A stretch of 64,000 nucleotides of DNA. It comes from a virus (lineage: Duplodnaviria; Caudoviricetes). Of the stretch, positions 1 to 10,478 are shown in pieces (position 1 is the first letter of the stretch; every line of letters starts with the position of its first letter). The notes below the pieces were generated by a model. It had not been told where the DNA came from, did no database searches, and was given only the letters and a program-made list of their open reading frames with translations. The stretch spans positions 9,660 through 73,659 of the IMG/VR virus record IMGVR_UViG_3300037761_000327, one strand, 5' to 3'. The translations under genes were made by a program, and so were the position numbers.

Positions 1-2
1 GA

Positions 3-635
3 GTTAGCAATCCGTCATCAAACAGGATTACATTTTCAAACATCCTTGTGCCCTCTCAATTACAGGCAGCAGCGTCTCCCTCTATAAGCTTTTCTGACGA
101 TAACCTCGTAGTTAATAGGAGCGGGGACAATACTGAGGACACGTTTTATATATTTAACGGTAGTGGTATAACATCTCCCAGAACCTACACACTCCCGGAC
201 AAATCCGGGACCGTTGCCCTTTTGGACGATATTACACCATCCGTAGAAGTAACAAAAGGTAATTTTACACCGGTATTAATAAGCAGTAACGGAAACTACT
301 CCTATTCTATGAGCGAGCAGGTAGGTAAGTATGTTAGGATAGACGACGTAGTACATTACGTAATTATTATAACAGTGTCCAGCAGTTCCGGCGCCGGATT
401 CGGAGGCACTTTACAAATAACCGGGGTACCCCTTACGTCCGAAATAGACCAAGTCAATCAAGTAATGAACTGCCTTTTTAACCAAGAGCAATATGCAGCC
501 ACTTTCTCCGGGGACAATATTATACTCCGAGAGTATGGAGGGTTTATAGCAAATGGGGCGGAGGCGGAGATAATACCCAATAACACCACGTTATATATCA
601 CAGGGTCGGTACTATTGAATACGTCGGGGTATTAA
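3..635 (+). CDS. Tail fibre/spike protein, C-terminal part (5' end outside window)
   Basis: Frame is open from base 3, upstream of the GTG at 48. RTYTLPDKSGTVALLDDI and GNFTP...GKYVRIDDVVH resemble segments common in phage tail fibres. Confidence 0.6.
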   Translation, partial: VSNPSSNRITFSNILVPSQLQAAASPSISFSDDNLVVNRSGDNTEDTFYIFNGSGITSPRTYTLPDKSGTVALLDDITPSVEVTKGNFTPVLISSNGNYSYSMSEQVGKYVRIDDVVHYVIIITVSSSSGAGFGGTLQITGVPLTSEIDQVNQVMNCLFNQEQYAATFSGDNIILREYGGFIANGAEAEIIPNNTTLYITGSVLLNTSGY

Positions 636-666
636 GGGTGTAAATATTACGCATCGAGATATATGG

Positions 667-674
667 TATCTTTG
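667..674 (+). promoter_or_regulatory. Bacteroidota -7 promoter element TATCTTTG
   Basis: Matches TAnnTTTG; intergenic, upstream of ORF 703. Confidence 0.65.
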
Positions 675-702
675 TGTGTAAATCAAATTTAACTCACTTA
701 AC

Positions 703-945
703 ATGGCAACAAAAAACTACAGAAAGATAACAGTAGGCGACAGTTTCTCAGACTGCATAGCCTACGTCAAGGGCGCAAGCTACCTTGGACGAAGTATTAA
801 AATCACGGATATCATCCCAAGCGAAACCGAAGGCGGTCTGGATATTTACGTACAGGCCAACGAGAAAGGTTCGGCAAAGGTCCTCTGGAAGACAATCTCC
901 GAAAAGCAGATATTGGAAGCGGAGTACGATTTAAACTTCGAGTAA
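703..945 (+). CDS. Hypothetical protein (80 aa)
   Basis: ATG with A-rich leader; first gene of the packaging operon. Confidence 0.7.
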   Translation: MATKNYRKITVGDSFSDCIAYVKGASYLGRSIKITDIIPSETEGGLDIYVQANEKGSAKVLWKTISEKQILEAEYDLNFE

Positions 946-948
946 TAC

Positions 949-1533
949 ATGAAATCCACAATCTATTTTATAGTACAAGTAGAAGACTCTTACAACAATT
1001 ATATAGAACTAGGTGACGGAACCAAGCTCTCTACCAACAATTCCATAGACAGTGTCGAACACATAAACCGTGTTGGAAAGGTTATTGATGCCCCTAAAGG
1101 GACCATAGTCGATAGAGGAGATTTTTTACTGTTCCATCATAATATCTGTAGGGAGTCTTGGGGAGCAAAAGGAAAAAAAAGGACAAGCGTGTTCGCTATG
1201 TCCGATAATACCTTTTTTGTCCCGGTTACCGAGATATTCATGTATATGAAAGCAGGTAGTGATAAATGGAACGCTCTTGCCCCATTTGTATTCATAAAGC
1301 CTATCCCAGCCGGGTCAGAAGTATTACCCAACGGGTTAGAGGTAAAGGAAGACGATTATAACGGTAAAAAGCCATTAGTGGGAATAATGTCTTACCCTAA
1401 CAAGGAATTGATGGACAAGGGGGTAAGGGAGGGAGACATTGTGGCTTTCTTAGAGGACTCCGAACATGAGTACGAAATAAAAGGTAATCTTTACTACAAG
1501 ATGAGAAATAGCGATATCTTGGCAATATTATGA
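949..1533 (+). CDS. GroES-like fold protein (apparent tandem domains)
   Basis: Two segments resemble GroES: G.V...P...V..GD.L.F and VFIKPI...G....GV..GD.V.F....EYEI.G..Y..M...DILAIL. Confidence 0.55.
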   Translation: MKSTIYFIVQVEDSYNNYIELGDGTKLSTNNSIDSVEHINRVGKVIDAPKGTIVDRGDFLLFHHNICRESWGAKGKKRTSVFAMSDNTFFVPVTEIFMYMKAGSDKWNALAPFVFIKPIPAGSEVLPNGLEVKEDDYNGKKPLVGIMSYPNKELMDKGVREGDIVAFLEDSEHEYEIKGNLYYKMRNSDILAIL

Positions 1534-4500
1534 GAGGGTTGTCCGGGGACATACAAGAAGCACTAGAGATAGTTGTTGAAGGTTTAAATTTTAAAATGGA
1601 CATAGATTTCATAGAGCCTGATAAAATAAAGGCGAGCATGGACTCTAAACTTGTCTCTTTTAGAACGGCTAAAGAATTGCTGTCTAAGTGGGTGAACAGC
1701 CCCAACGCCCCATCGGAATCGAAATTTAATAACTACGTAGAAAAGCTAATAACTTCTGGAGAATCCTCCATCAAAACCCTTAGAAAAGCTCTTAGAGCCC
1801 CTATAAACTACTCCACACTTGATACCCACAAACACAAACTAGCAGCCCAGACAAAACTTTTGGTCCTAAATTCTATAACAGAGCTCGACTCTTCTTTGAT
1901 AGAACTTCGTCACCAGTTCGAGACCGGTACGGTAATACTAAAAGACGCAGAGTTTAAAAGGGGCTTCGCGGAAAAATTCGCATACGGGGAGTTCTTTCCA
2001 CCAGAAAATTACCATAAAAACTGGCACAACAAGGAGCAGGACTCCATTGTAATAGACCCAAAAGGCTCAAGGGGAGAGATTATAGAGCTGGACGGATTAA
2101 AAATACAACTACCTCACCCCCCTAGAGACAGAAGCCAAATACTTTTTAGTGATAAGCCTAAAAGGGAGCAGTACTGGGTAAGGGAGGAGATACCCAAAGG
2201 ATTGACTCCGGAGAACGTAGAGGTTTACACCGACTACATTATGGAGCAATTCAGACGTAGACGAGAGGGTGTATGGTTTATGAACAACGGGACCCCTACG
2301 TGGTTGACTGGCAGGCACTGGATGCAGTTACAGTGGGGAAAAATGTTCGATGATGGGATATACCCCTCCTACAGGCATGCACAATTGTTACTGTTCTACC
2401 ACAAAGAAGCTTGCTACATAGATAAACTGTCCATGGGGCAGATATTTTTAAAGTCCCGACAGACCGGGTATACCTATGGAATGATGTCAGACTCTATAGA
2501 GTTGGTGTCTAGGACCAAGGGCTCAAGAACGGGAATGACCTCTATGACGGACGACGATGCCAGAAGAGCTTTCGCCAAACTGTCGTACACGTTTCAAGAG
2601 TGGCCATTCTTCTTTCAACCTATTACAAAAGGTAAAGCGGATTCCCCCACAAATATAAACTTCGGAAAACCGTCAAACTCCACGAAAGAGGAAAAGAAGA
2701 AGAACGATACTACTACAGATGGGTACGTAAACAGTACTACAGACTTTGAGGCCACTAAGGCAAAAGCTTACGACGGTCAGCATATGAAGTTATATGTGGG
2801 TGATGAATGCATTTTTGAAAATGATAAAATATGGACCCTAAAAGGCCTTCAAAAAATAGTAGACGTAGAAAAAGGCGATTTGGTGCTATGCGCAGATGGG
2901 GAGTACAGGCAAGTAATGGATAAGGCTGTACAAGAGGGACCTTTGTATAGGGTGACTCAGAGTAGGGGAAAGGATTACATGGTAAATGGTAATCATAAGC
3001 TATACCTACAAGAAGCCTACGGAGAAAGGGCTAAAAAAAGGAGAAACGTATTCATAACTCCCTTAGAGTACTTAGAAAAGCCTAAGTACACAAGAAATAA
3101 GTACAGAAGGATTTGTTTCAAAGGTTTTTACAACATTAAAGAAAAAGACTTTTTTATAGACCCTTATGTATACGGGGCATGGTTAGGGGACGGCTCTTCC
3201 AAATCATCTTCGTTTGTAATAAATATAGAAGATGTAGAAATAAGGGACAGTATAAATAGGTATGCTGAATCTAAAGGATTTAGACTAAAGGAGGTAGAAA
3301 ACGGTATGGACAGTTGTTATCAACTATACATGTCAGACCCCACAGTAAGAGATAACAGGTTTATAAACGAACTTAGGAGACTGGATAATTGGGGAAATAA
3401 ATACATTAACAAAGAGTATCTTTATTCTAGTAGGTCCCAAATGTTGGAAGTGTTGGCCGGAATAATAGACACGGACGGCAGTAAGTCCGTCCACGGAAAC
3501 ACCTACAACGTAGAGATGGCCTCTAAAAAATTAATAGAGGATATTTATGTTTTAGCTAAACACTGCGGACTGTGCACCTCAGAGGTAAGTGTTAGAAAAA
3601 GGCACAGAAAAGAAACAGAAACCTTTTCTTACAGGGTAGGAATATCTGATATAAACAAAGAAATACCCGTAAGAACAGAGAGGAAAAAGCAGTTAAAAGA
3701 GGCTACGTGTACCCAATCCAATAAAATGGACGTGGAGTACGAAGGAGTTGGTGTGTTTGTAGGACTCACCCTAGACACAAAAAAAGACGAAGAAGCCTTA
3801 ATAGTTTTGGAAGACTTTACGCTAACAAAGAACTGCGCGAAGTGGGAGCGGGTAAGCTATATTGAGCATTTGAACACATTATTGCCCACAACCTTTAGGG
3901 GAGGTCGGGTAGTTGGTAAAGTGTTTCTGGGCTCCACCATGGGAAAACTTGACGCAGGAGGCGAGGATTTCAAGACCCTGTACCAAAATTCTAAGGTCAA
4001 GGATAGGCAGCCGTCAGGATTCACTTCCACAAAACTGTACTCCTACTTCATGCCGGCCCACACCAACTACGAGGACTGCATAGATATCTACGGTAAGTGT
4101 TGGACAGAGACTCCTCCAAAAGGGACATTGAACACTTTCGGGGAGCCTATCTTAAAAGGCTCTATACAGGCTATAAAAGAACTTTACGCAGATGCTAAGA
4201 AACAAGGTGACGTGGCCCTTAACGCTGCCTACAGGGCATTCCCAATGACAGAGGCACATGCCATGAGGGACGAGGCCGACGCGTGTGTGTTCAACCTTAC
4301 AAAGCTTACGGACCAGTGGGACCATAACGAAGAGGTAACCATAGAAAAGCCCTTGTATACAAGAGGAAATTTTAGATGGGAAGGTGACGTAAAGTTCTCC
4401 AAAGTAGAGTTTGTACCGGACAAGCACGGAAGGTTCAAAATATGGTGGATGCCCAGCGCGTCGGACGATACATTAAAACTAAGGAACAACGTAAAGAAGA

Positions 4501-5210
4501 TTAGGAACCTCTACACCCCAATGAACGACTACGGTTGTATAGGGGTCGATTGTTTCGGTTCTTACGTACAGGGGAAGAATAAGGCGTCCAAGGGGGCGGC
4601 ACATGCTTTTACAGGACCTAACGTAGAAGGCGTACCAGCTAGGAAGTTTCTTTTTGAATACATAGATAAGCCGGCCACACAGGATATATTCAACGAGGAT
4701 ATACTTATGGCCGCATGGTTCTACGGACTTCCCATTCTTGCGGAGAACAACAGAAGGGACTTTGTAAGGCACCTTTTCAACGAACAATGTAGGCCATTCT
4801 CCATGAATAGGGTGGATAAGACAAAGTTGGACGGGGACGATGCCGTTCTGGGAGGACAGCCTATGCAGAGCAAGGATATTTTGGATGCCCACGAAAACGG
4901 TATAAGGAGCTTCATACAGCACCATGTGGGGGTATCCACGGCACCCGACGGTATAAAATTCAGACCGGAGGGGCAAATAGGGGACATGCCTTTCAACGAT
5001 ACGATACAGGATTGGATGAAGTTTAACCCCAATGCAAGGACGGCCCATGATGCCACGGTATCCAGCGGACTTGCTATTATGGGGTGCAATAAGGAAAAAT
5101 ATGTACCGAGAGCAAAGATAAATGATGCCAAAAAGAATAGGTCGATAATAAGGACATATGACAATAACGGCATGACAGGTACCTTTAAAAAACAGAAAGA
5201 GTTTAATTAG
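1530..5210 (+). CDS. terL: Terminase large subunit containing an intein
   Basis: Walker A-like KSRQTGYT, Walker B YVGDE, coupling motif GST, nuclease acidic motifs IGVD and HDATVSSG; lies directly upstream of the portal. Confidence 0.92.
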   Translation: MRGLSGDIQEALEIVVEGLNFKMDIDFIEPDKIKASMDSKLVSFRTAKELLSKWVNSPNAPSESKFNNYVEKLITSGESSIKTLRKALRAPINYSTLDTHKHKLAAQTKLLVLNSITELDSSLIELRHQFETGTVILKDAEFKRGFAEKFAYGEFFPPENYHKNWHNKEQDSIVIDPKGSRGEIIELDGLKIQLPHPPRDRSQILFSDKPKREQYWVREEIPKGLTPENVEVYTDYIMEQFRRRREGVWFMNNGTPTWLTGRHWMQLQWGKMFDDGIYPSYRHAQLLLFYHKEACYIDKLSMGQIFLKSRQTGYTYGMMSDSIELVSRTKGSRTGMTSMTDDDARRAFAKLSYTFQEWPFFFQPITKGKADSPTNINFGKPSNSTKEEKKKNDTTTDGYVNSTTDFEATKAKAYDGQHMKLYVGDECIFENDKIWTLKGLQKIVDVEKGDLVLCADGEYRQVMDKAVQEGPLYRVTQSRGKDYMVNGNHKLYLQEAYGERAKKRRNVFITPLEYLEKPKYTRNKYRRICFKGFYNIKEKDFFIDPYVYGAWLGDGSSKSSSFVINIEDVEIRDSINRYAESKGFRLKEVENGMDSCYQLYMSDPTVRDNRFINELRRLDNWGNKYINKEYLYSSRSQMLEVLAGIIDTDGSKSVHGNTYNVEMASKKLIEDIYVLAKHCGLCTSEVSVRKRHRKETETFSYRVGISDINKEIPVRTERKKQLKEATCTQSNKMDVEYEGVGVFVGLTLDTKKDEEALIVLEDFTLTKNCAKWERVSYIEHLNTLLPTTFRGGRVVGKVFLGSTMGKLDAGGEDFKTLYQNSKVKDRQPSGFTSTKLYSYFMPAHTNYEDCIDIYGKCWTETPPKGTLNTFGEPILKGSIQAIKELYADAKKQGDVALNAAYRAFPMTEAHAMRDEADACVFNLTKLTDQWDHNEEVTIEKPLYTRGNFRWEGDVKFSKVEFVPDKHGRFKIWWMPSASDDTLKLRNNVKKIRNLYTPMNDYGCIGVDCFGSYVQGKNKASKGAAHAFTGPNVEGVPARKFLFEYIDKPATQDIFNEDILMAAWFYGLPILAENNRRDFVRHLFNEQCRPFSMNRVDKTKLDGDDAVLGGQPMQSKDILDAHENGIRSFIQHHVGVSTAPDGIKFRPEGQIGDMPFNDTIQDWMKFNPNARTAHDATVSSGLAIMGCNKEKYVPRAKINDAKKNRSIIRTYDNNGMTGTFKKQKEFN
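2808..3833 (+). mobile_element. Intein with LAGLIDADG homing endonuclease (342 aa)
   Basis: Starts CIFEND right after GDE; block B NGNHKL; LAGLIDADG motifs GAWLGDGS and LAGIIDTDGS; ends LTKN followed by +1 Cys. Confidence 0.92.
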
Positions 5211-5218
5211 TATATTTG
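5211..5218 (+). promoter_or_regulatory. -7 promoter element TATATTTG
   Basis: TAnnTTTG between terminase stop and portal start. Confidence 0.65.
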
Positions 5219-5241
5219 TAACATAAACATCTTAAAGAGTA

Positions 5242-7728
5242 ATGGCAAGAAATAAAACGTACTTAAAAGTATCTAATCACAGGGTTGCACCGGACCCGTT
5301 TGCTCCAACTGAAATAAAGAATAGTGACGAGTACGGACTACAGTTCGCGAAATTAATCGAACACGAATGGTTCTATATCTCGGCAGGAAACACTGCCAAC
5401 CAGTTTTACGACAAGCGTCTTAAAATGGATGAGCAGAGAAAGTATGCCCGTGGAGAACATAGTACCGGACTTGTAAAGAAACTTATTACAGACGGCACCG
5501 ACGGAGATTCGTACACTAATTATGATTGGAGGCCTATTCAAATACTTCCAAAATTCATAAAGTTGGTGGTCAGCCAAATGCTGGAAAGGCTATACGAAAT
5601 AGACGCACAGGCAGTTGATGGTATCTCCCAAGGACTAAGGGACGAGTATAAGGACATCCTACAGAAGAATATGTATGCAAAGGATATGCTTAATGATGCC
5701 AAGAACCTATTTGGTATAGATTTAGTGCCCTCCGGCCTAGGCGAAATTCCTGATAGTGATGCAGAAATAGACCTGCACATGAAGCTAAAGTACAAACCTG
5801 CTATCGAGATAGCCATAGAGCAGGCCCTAAAATATACCTTAGAGCTAAACGAATACGACGAGACACAGAAAAGACTTATAAAGGATTTAGTAGAGATAGG
5901 CGTTGCTGCCCTCCACCACAGAACTGACCCTACAAAAGGAATCATAGCGGAGTACAGGGACCCAGCCGATATGTGTTGGGCCTATCCCACCAAGTCTAAT
6001 TTTGACAACGTAAACTATTACGGCGTAGTTAGGAGACTTACAATTAGCGAAGTGCAAAGGCTTTCGGGTAAGAAATTCACGCCGGAGGAATTGGAGAAGT
6101 ATAAGAACGTATCCAACGAGTGGCAAGGGTATAACCGTATATCGAACGAGTTTTGGTACAGGGGGGAAGACTTGCCCAGCACTATGGTAGATGTCTTGGA
6201 TTTCACTTTTAAGACGACCAAGACCACGAAGTTCAAAAAGAAATACAAACCAAACGGAGGGTTTTCCATTACAGAAAAGCCGTCCGATTATATTAAGCCC
6301 GAACACATACTTGCCAAAGAACAGGAACAGGGTTTCAAAGAGTACGATATCCTAGAGGATGTACAAGAAGTGTGGTACGAAGGCTCTATGATACTTGGTA
6401 GCGACATGCTATACAACTACAGGGAATGCTCAAATATGATTAGGCCGGAAGGTTTTATCAATAACAAAGTATCTTCCAATTATATAGTATATGCCCCAGA
6501 ATTGTACCAAGGAAGGATTCAATCCTTAGTGGACAGGGTAATTCAATACGTGGACCAGTTACAGCAGATACAGATAAAGATACAACAGTTCGTAGCCAAG
6601 GCCAAGCCAAACGGCATCTGGATTGATGTGGATGGATTGCAAGAATTGGACCTAGGGGACGGCAATTCTTTTGACGCATTGGACCTTATTAGGTATTATG
6701 ACCAGACCGGTAACTTACTTGGAACCTCCCGACTATCCGACGGAGGGTACAGCAATGGCGCCCTCCCCATAAAAGAATTGAACAACGGGGCAATGGCGGG
6801 GTTGGAGCAACTTATGAATGCCCACAACTTCCATTTCCAAATGTTCAGGGACTCCATAGGGATAGGACAAGGGGCCGACGGTACTTTACCTGACCCAAGG
6901 ACCTCCAACGGGGCCCTACAGTCACAGGAGATAAAATCCAACGTGGCCACAAGATATATTTTGGATGCCCAGTTAAAGATGACCCAGTACCTAGCTAATG
7001 GGCTATCCCTTAGGCTTAAGGACATATTCAAGTATTCTAATTTGAAAAATGCCTATATTAACTCTATAGGAAGGGTCAATGTTGATGTATTGGATTCTAT
7101 CCAAGACCTTCACCTACACGATTTTGGTATAACCATTAAACTTAAGCCAGACGCACAGGACAGGGCCCTACTGGAACATAATATTCAGGCGGAGATTGCT
7201 GCCGGAAACCTTGGTACCGAGGATGGTATAGATATAAGAAAGATAGGCAATATTTCTGTGGCAAACGAAATGCTCAAAGTCCGTAAGGAGAAAAGGATTA
7301 AGGAGGCCCACGCTAGGGAGATAGAAAAGATAGAGGCTAACGGTCAGGCTAGTCAACAGGCTGCCCAAGCGGCAGCGGCCTACAAGAAGGAGGAGATAAT
7401 GTTCGAAACAGAGGCCAAGAAAGAGCTTCTTATATTGGAGGCAGAACTTAAAAGAGCCTCTCTTAACGAAGAGTTAGAAGCCAAGAGACTACTGATGGCC
7501 GACGAGTATTACTACCAAACAGGCGTACAGACCAAGATAGCCGAAGTAAAAAGAAGCGACGACGCCTATAAAGAGGACAGGAAGGACAAGCGTACAGCCA
7601 TTCAAGCCACTCAGCAAAGTAAGATAAAGGCGGAGCAAAGTAAAGAGGGGGGCGGTAAGCCCATAGACTTCGAATCGGCACATACAAGCATGACCGGAGA
7701 GCTCGGTCTGGACGATTTTAGGACGTAA
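5242..7728 (+). CDS. Portal protein
   Basis: 828 aa between terminase and scaffold/capsid; NYDWRPIQILPKF segment; long C-terminal coiled coil as in podovirus portals. Confidence 0.85.
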   Translation: MARNKTYLKVSNHRVAPDPFAPTEIKNSDEYGLQFAKLIEHEWFYISAGNTANQFYDKRLKMDEQRKYARGEHSTGLVKKLITDGTDGDSYTNYDWRPIQILPKFIKLVVSQMLERLYEIDAQAVDGISQGLRDEYKDILQKNMYAKDMLNDAKNLFGIDLVPSGLGEIPDSDAEIDLHMKLKYKPAIEIAIEQALKYTLELNEYDETQKRLIKDLVEIGVAALHHRTDPTKGIIAEYRDPADMCWAYPTKSNFDNVNYYGVVRRLTISEVQRLSGKKFTPEELEKYKNVSNEWQGYNRISNEFWYRGEDLPSTMVDVLDFTFKTTKTTKFKKKYKPNGGFSITEKPSDYIKPEHILAKEQEQGFKEYDILEDVQEVWYEGSMILGSDMLYNYRECSNMIRPEGFINNKVSSNYIVYAPELYQGRIQSLVDRVIQYVDQLQQIQIKIQQFVAKAKPNGIWIDVDGLQELDLGDGNSFDALDLIRYYDQTGNLLGTSRLSDGGYSNGALPIKELNNGAMAGLEQLMNAHNFHFQMFRDSIGIGQGADGTLPDPRTSNGALQSQEIKSNVATRYILDAQLKMTQYLANGLSLRLKDIFKYSNLKNAYINSIGRVNVDVLDSIQDLHLHDFGITIKLKPDAQDRALLEHNIQAEIAAGNLGTEDGIDIRKIGNISVANEMLKVRKEKRIKEAHAREIEKIEANGQASQQAAQAAAAYKKEEIMFETEAKKELLILEAELKRASLNEELEAKRLLMADEYYYQTGVQTKIAEVKRSDDAYKEDRKDKRTAIQATQQSKIKAEQSKEGGGKPIDFESAHTSMTGELGLDDFRT

Positions 7729-7751
7729 AAAATAGCATACATTTTTATTCG

Positions 7752-7759
7752 TAGATTTG
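7752..7759 (+). promoter_or_regulatory. -7 promoter element TAGATTTG
   Basis: TAnnTTTG upstream of scaffold/capsid genes. Confidence 0.6.
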
Positions 7760-7793
7760 TATTATAAGACAATATAACTAAATTTAATCCATA

Positions 7794-8990
7794 ATGGCAT
7801 TATTTAAAAAGAAGGGCGACAACCTTAGCAGGGCAGGCGCTATATTGGACGCACTGTCCCCAAAAGAAATAAATGCACAGGCCCCAGAGGCCCAACAACA
7901 AAACGATACGCCACCAGCAGCCGCTCCCGTAGTGGATACGCCGCCGGTAGTGAACAACGATACACCGCCAGCGGTCGAGCCTAACAGCTACGCCCCTGCG
8001 GAAGTGGTAAACCCTGCCGATGTAGTTGCAACTACGGACGTGGACGTACCCACGGTAATACCGGAACCGACAGTTCCACAAAATGCAGAGGTAACAGAGG
8101 AAATCCTGTTGGCCAAGCTCAGCGAGAGGCTGGGCAGAAAGGTTGACAGTTTTGACGATTTGACTCCGAGAGAGGCCAACATCGACCCTGAACTAAAACA
8201 ACTGCAAGAGTGGAAAGAGAAGACCGGACTACCTTTATCCGAATGGTCTAATTACACTAGGGACTTTTCTAAGATGGGGGATATGGATGTGGCAAGAGAG
8301 ATTCTGGCCAAAAAATATCCTAACTTCACGAAAGAAGAGATTAACTACGAGTTGGAGAACTTTGTTTATAACGAAGATGTCGACGACGAGGGTATGAAGA
8401 TGAAAAAGGGTATCGAACTTAAAAAATTCGCTGCCGAGGGTAGGGGACAATTGGAGGCCCAAAGACTGGAACTTAAAAATTCCGCTCCGCAGGCAGTTCT
8501 AACAAAAGAGCAACAGGACGCCATAGCATTGGCCCAACAAGTGCAACAACAGTCTCTGACTACGAAACAGCAGCAAGAGGCCTACAATGCAGGGATAGTG
8601 CAGGCATCCACAAATCTGGAAGCGATTGATTTGAAACTGTCGGACAATTTGACCATTAAGTACAACATACCAGTTGAGGTCAAAAAAGGTCTTCCTAAGA
8701 TGGTGGCAGAGATGCCCCACTGGTACAACGAAGACGGTACGTACAACCATTTAAACGTAGTTAAGGATGTTGCCAAAGTGACTAATTTTGAAGCAATGGT
8801 CAAAGCAGCTTACGAACAAGGTATAGCTGCGGGGACTGAGAGTAGGATTAAGGCCGGAGGTAATATTACCGTGGACGGAGTTCCAAATCAGGCACCGGCT
8901 TCGACAACAAAAGGAAACGTAACCGACGTTGTAAGTAAGATTACAGGGGCCAAAACAGGCAGTAAGTTACGTTTCAGGACAAAAAAATAA
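7794..8990 (+). CDS. Putative capsid scaffolding protein
   Basis: Between portal and capsid; Pro/Val/Ala-rich disordered N-terminus then acidic helical region. Confidence 0.6.
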   Translation: MALFKKKGDNLSRAGAILDALSPKEINAQAPEAQQQNDTPPAAAPVVDTPPVVNNDTPPAVEPNSYAPAEVVNPADVVATTDVDVPTVIPEPTVPQNAEVTEEILLAKLSERLGRKVDSFDDLTPREANIDPELKQLQEWKEKTGLPLSEWSNYTRDFSKMGDMDVAREILAKKYPNFTKEEINYELENFVYNEDVDDEGMKMKKGIELKKFAAEGRGQLEAQRLELKNSAPQAVLTKEQQDAIALAQQVQQQSLTTKQQQEAYNAGIVQASTNLEAIDLKLSDNLTIKYNIPVEVKKGLPKMVAEMPHWYNEDGTYNHLNVVKDVAKVTNFEAMVKAAYEQGIAAGTESRIKAGGNITVDGVPNQAPASTTKGNVTDVVSKITGAKTGSKLRFRTKK

Positions 8991-9021
8991 GAAACTACAA
9001 CTATAACAATTATTAAACAAA

Positions 9022-10362
9022 ATGGCATTAGCAGCAACACCAACGTATGCAATCAGTCCTAGTTCAGTTAAGGCACCTAGCCAGACTAACTATATCGACA
9101 TATTCGACTACACCTCGCAATATGCACCTGACGCTTACGAACAATTGATTTCTATCTACGGGGACCAGTCCCTTATGGGTATGATTTTTGAACTTGGGAG
9201 CGAGGAGCCCATTTCTTCCGACCAGTACATCTGGACAGAGAAAGGACGTCTCCATACTTCCTACGACGCGGTAACACGTTCTGGTAACGTATTCACCCAA
9301 GCCGGTCACGTATTCCGTATCGGAGAGGTAGTAGCGGTATCCGGTAACTCCAACTTCCAGTTGGGACGTATTACTGCTGTAACAGCAAGTACCTTCACCG
9401 CCCTTCCTTACAAGGCAGCAGGTTGGTTGGTTGGTACGACAGCCATCAAAGCTTTTATCTCCCACTCCGAGTTCTTGAAAGGTTCTGGACCAATGGACGG
9501 AAGCCTTGAGACAGACTTTACAGTACTTAACAACAAAACCATTATCGAAAGGGATAACTACCTTGCGAGTGGTTCCGAGGTTACCCAAGATTCTTGGGTA
9601 CAAACTGATAACGGAGGTTTTGTATGGTATCTCCAATCTGAACTGGACGGAAGACGCAGGTTTGAGGACAGAATTGAATTAGGCCTATTACAAGGAGAGG
9701 CTGCGGAGGCAGGGTCTGAGGCCGGAGCAGCGGGCTACGACGGTTCGGAGGGTCTTTTCGAATCCGTCCGTACTAGAGGTAACGTATTTGACGGTCTTGC
9801 CACAACTTTGGCCGACTGGGATACTATCTTGAAACGTTTCGACGCACAAGGTAAAATCAGGGAATATATGTTTTACGTTGACAGGGACCAATCCCTAGCC
9901 ATCGATGACCTTTTGGGTACATTGAACGCAGGATATTCCGGCGGTATCTCATTCGGAATGTTTGACAATAGTGAGGAAATGGCGGTAAACCTTGGTTTTC
10001 AAGGGTTTAGAAGGGGGACGTATGACTTCTATAAGACGGATTGGAAAGTTTTAAACGACCCAACCCTTTTAGGAGCTGTTGCGCCAGCGGATGGAAAAGT
10101 ACGTGGACTATTGGTTCCTTACGGGGATACCGAAGTTTACGACGGAACAAGCCCAATGGCCGATCGTATCACCAAACCTTACTTGTCTATCAAGTACAGA
10201 GTTAAAGGTGCGGAGAACAGACGCCACAAAACTTGGATTACTGGTTCAGTTGGAACGAATGCCCCGACAGATGGAAATGACTCGATGCGAGTTCACCACC
10301 TAGCTGAGCGAGGGGTTTGCACGATAGGAAGCAATAACTATATGTTGTTTGAAGGAGCTTAA
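9022..10362 (+). CDS. Major capsid protein
   Basis: 446 aa in the canonical position, followed by a terminator; GSEGLFESVRTRGN and NLGFQGFRRGTYDFYKTDWK resemble flavobacterial podovirus capsids. Confidence 0.85.
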   Translation: MALAATPTYAISPSSVKAPSQTNYIDIFDYTSQYAPDAYEQLISIYGDQSLMGMIFELGSEEPISSDQYIWTEKGRLHTSYDAVTRSGNVFTQAGHVFRIGEVVAVSGNSNFQLGRITAVTASTFTALPYKAAGWLVGTTAIKAFISHSEFLKGSGPMDGSLETDFTVLNNKTIIERDNYLASGSEVTQDSWVQTDNGGFVWYLQSELDGRRRFEDRIELGLLQGEAAEAGSEAGAAGYDGSEGLFESVRTRGNVFDGLATTLADWDTILKRFDAQGKIREYMFYVDRDQSLAIDDLLGTLNAGYSGGISFGMFDNSEEMAVNLGFQGFRRGTYDFYKTDWKVLNDPTLLGAVAPADGKVRGLLVPYGDTEVYDGTSPMADRITKPYLSIKYRVKGAENRRHKTWITGSVGTNAPTDGNDSMRVHHLAERGVCTIGSNNYMLFEGA

Positions 10363-10370
10363 TTTGGAAG

Positions 10371-10394
10371 TTTGAAATAAATTCCCTATCTTTG
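10371..10394 (+). promoter_or_regulatory. Promoter (-33 TTTG, -7 TATCTTTG)
   Basis: Both Bacteroidota consensus boxes present upstream of the HNH gene. Confidence 0.6.
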
Positions 10395-10422
10395 TCAAAA
10401 GCTGGGAATAAAATCAGAAAAT

Positions 10423-10452
10423 TGGGGGATAAGTAATTGTCCCCCTTCTTTT
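10423..10452 (+). terminator. Intrinsic terminator after capsid gene
   Basis: GGGGGATAA-gtaa-TTGTCCCCC stem followed by TTCTTTT. Confidence 0.7.
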
Positions 10453-10478
10453 ACTTAGTATAAAAATCATAAAATTGT

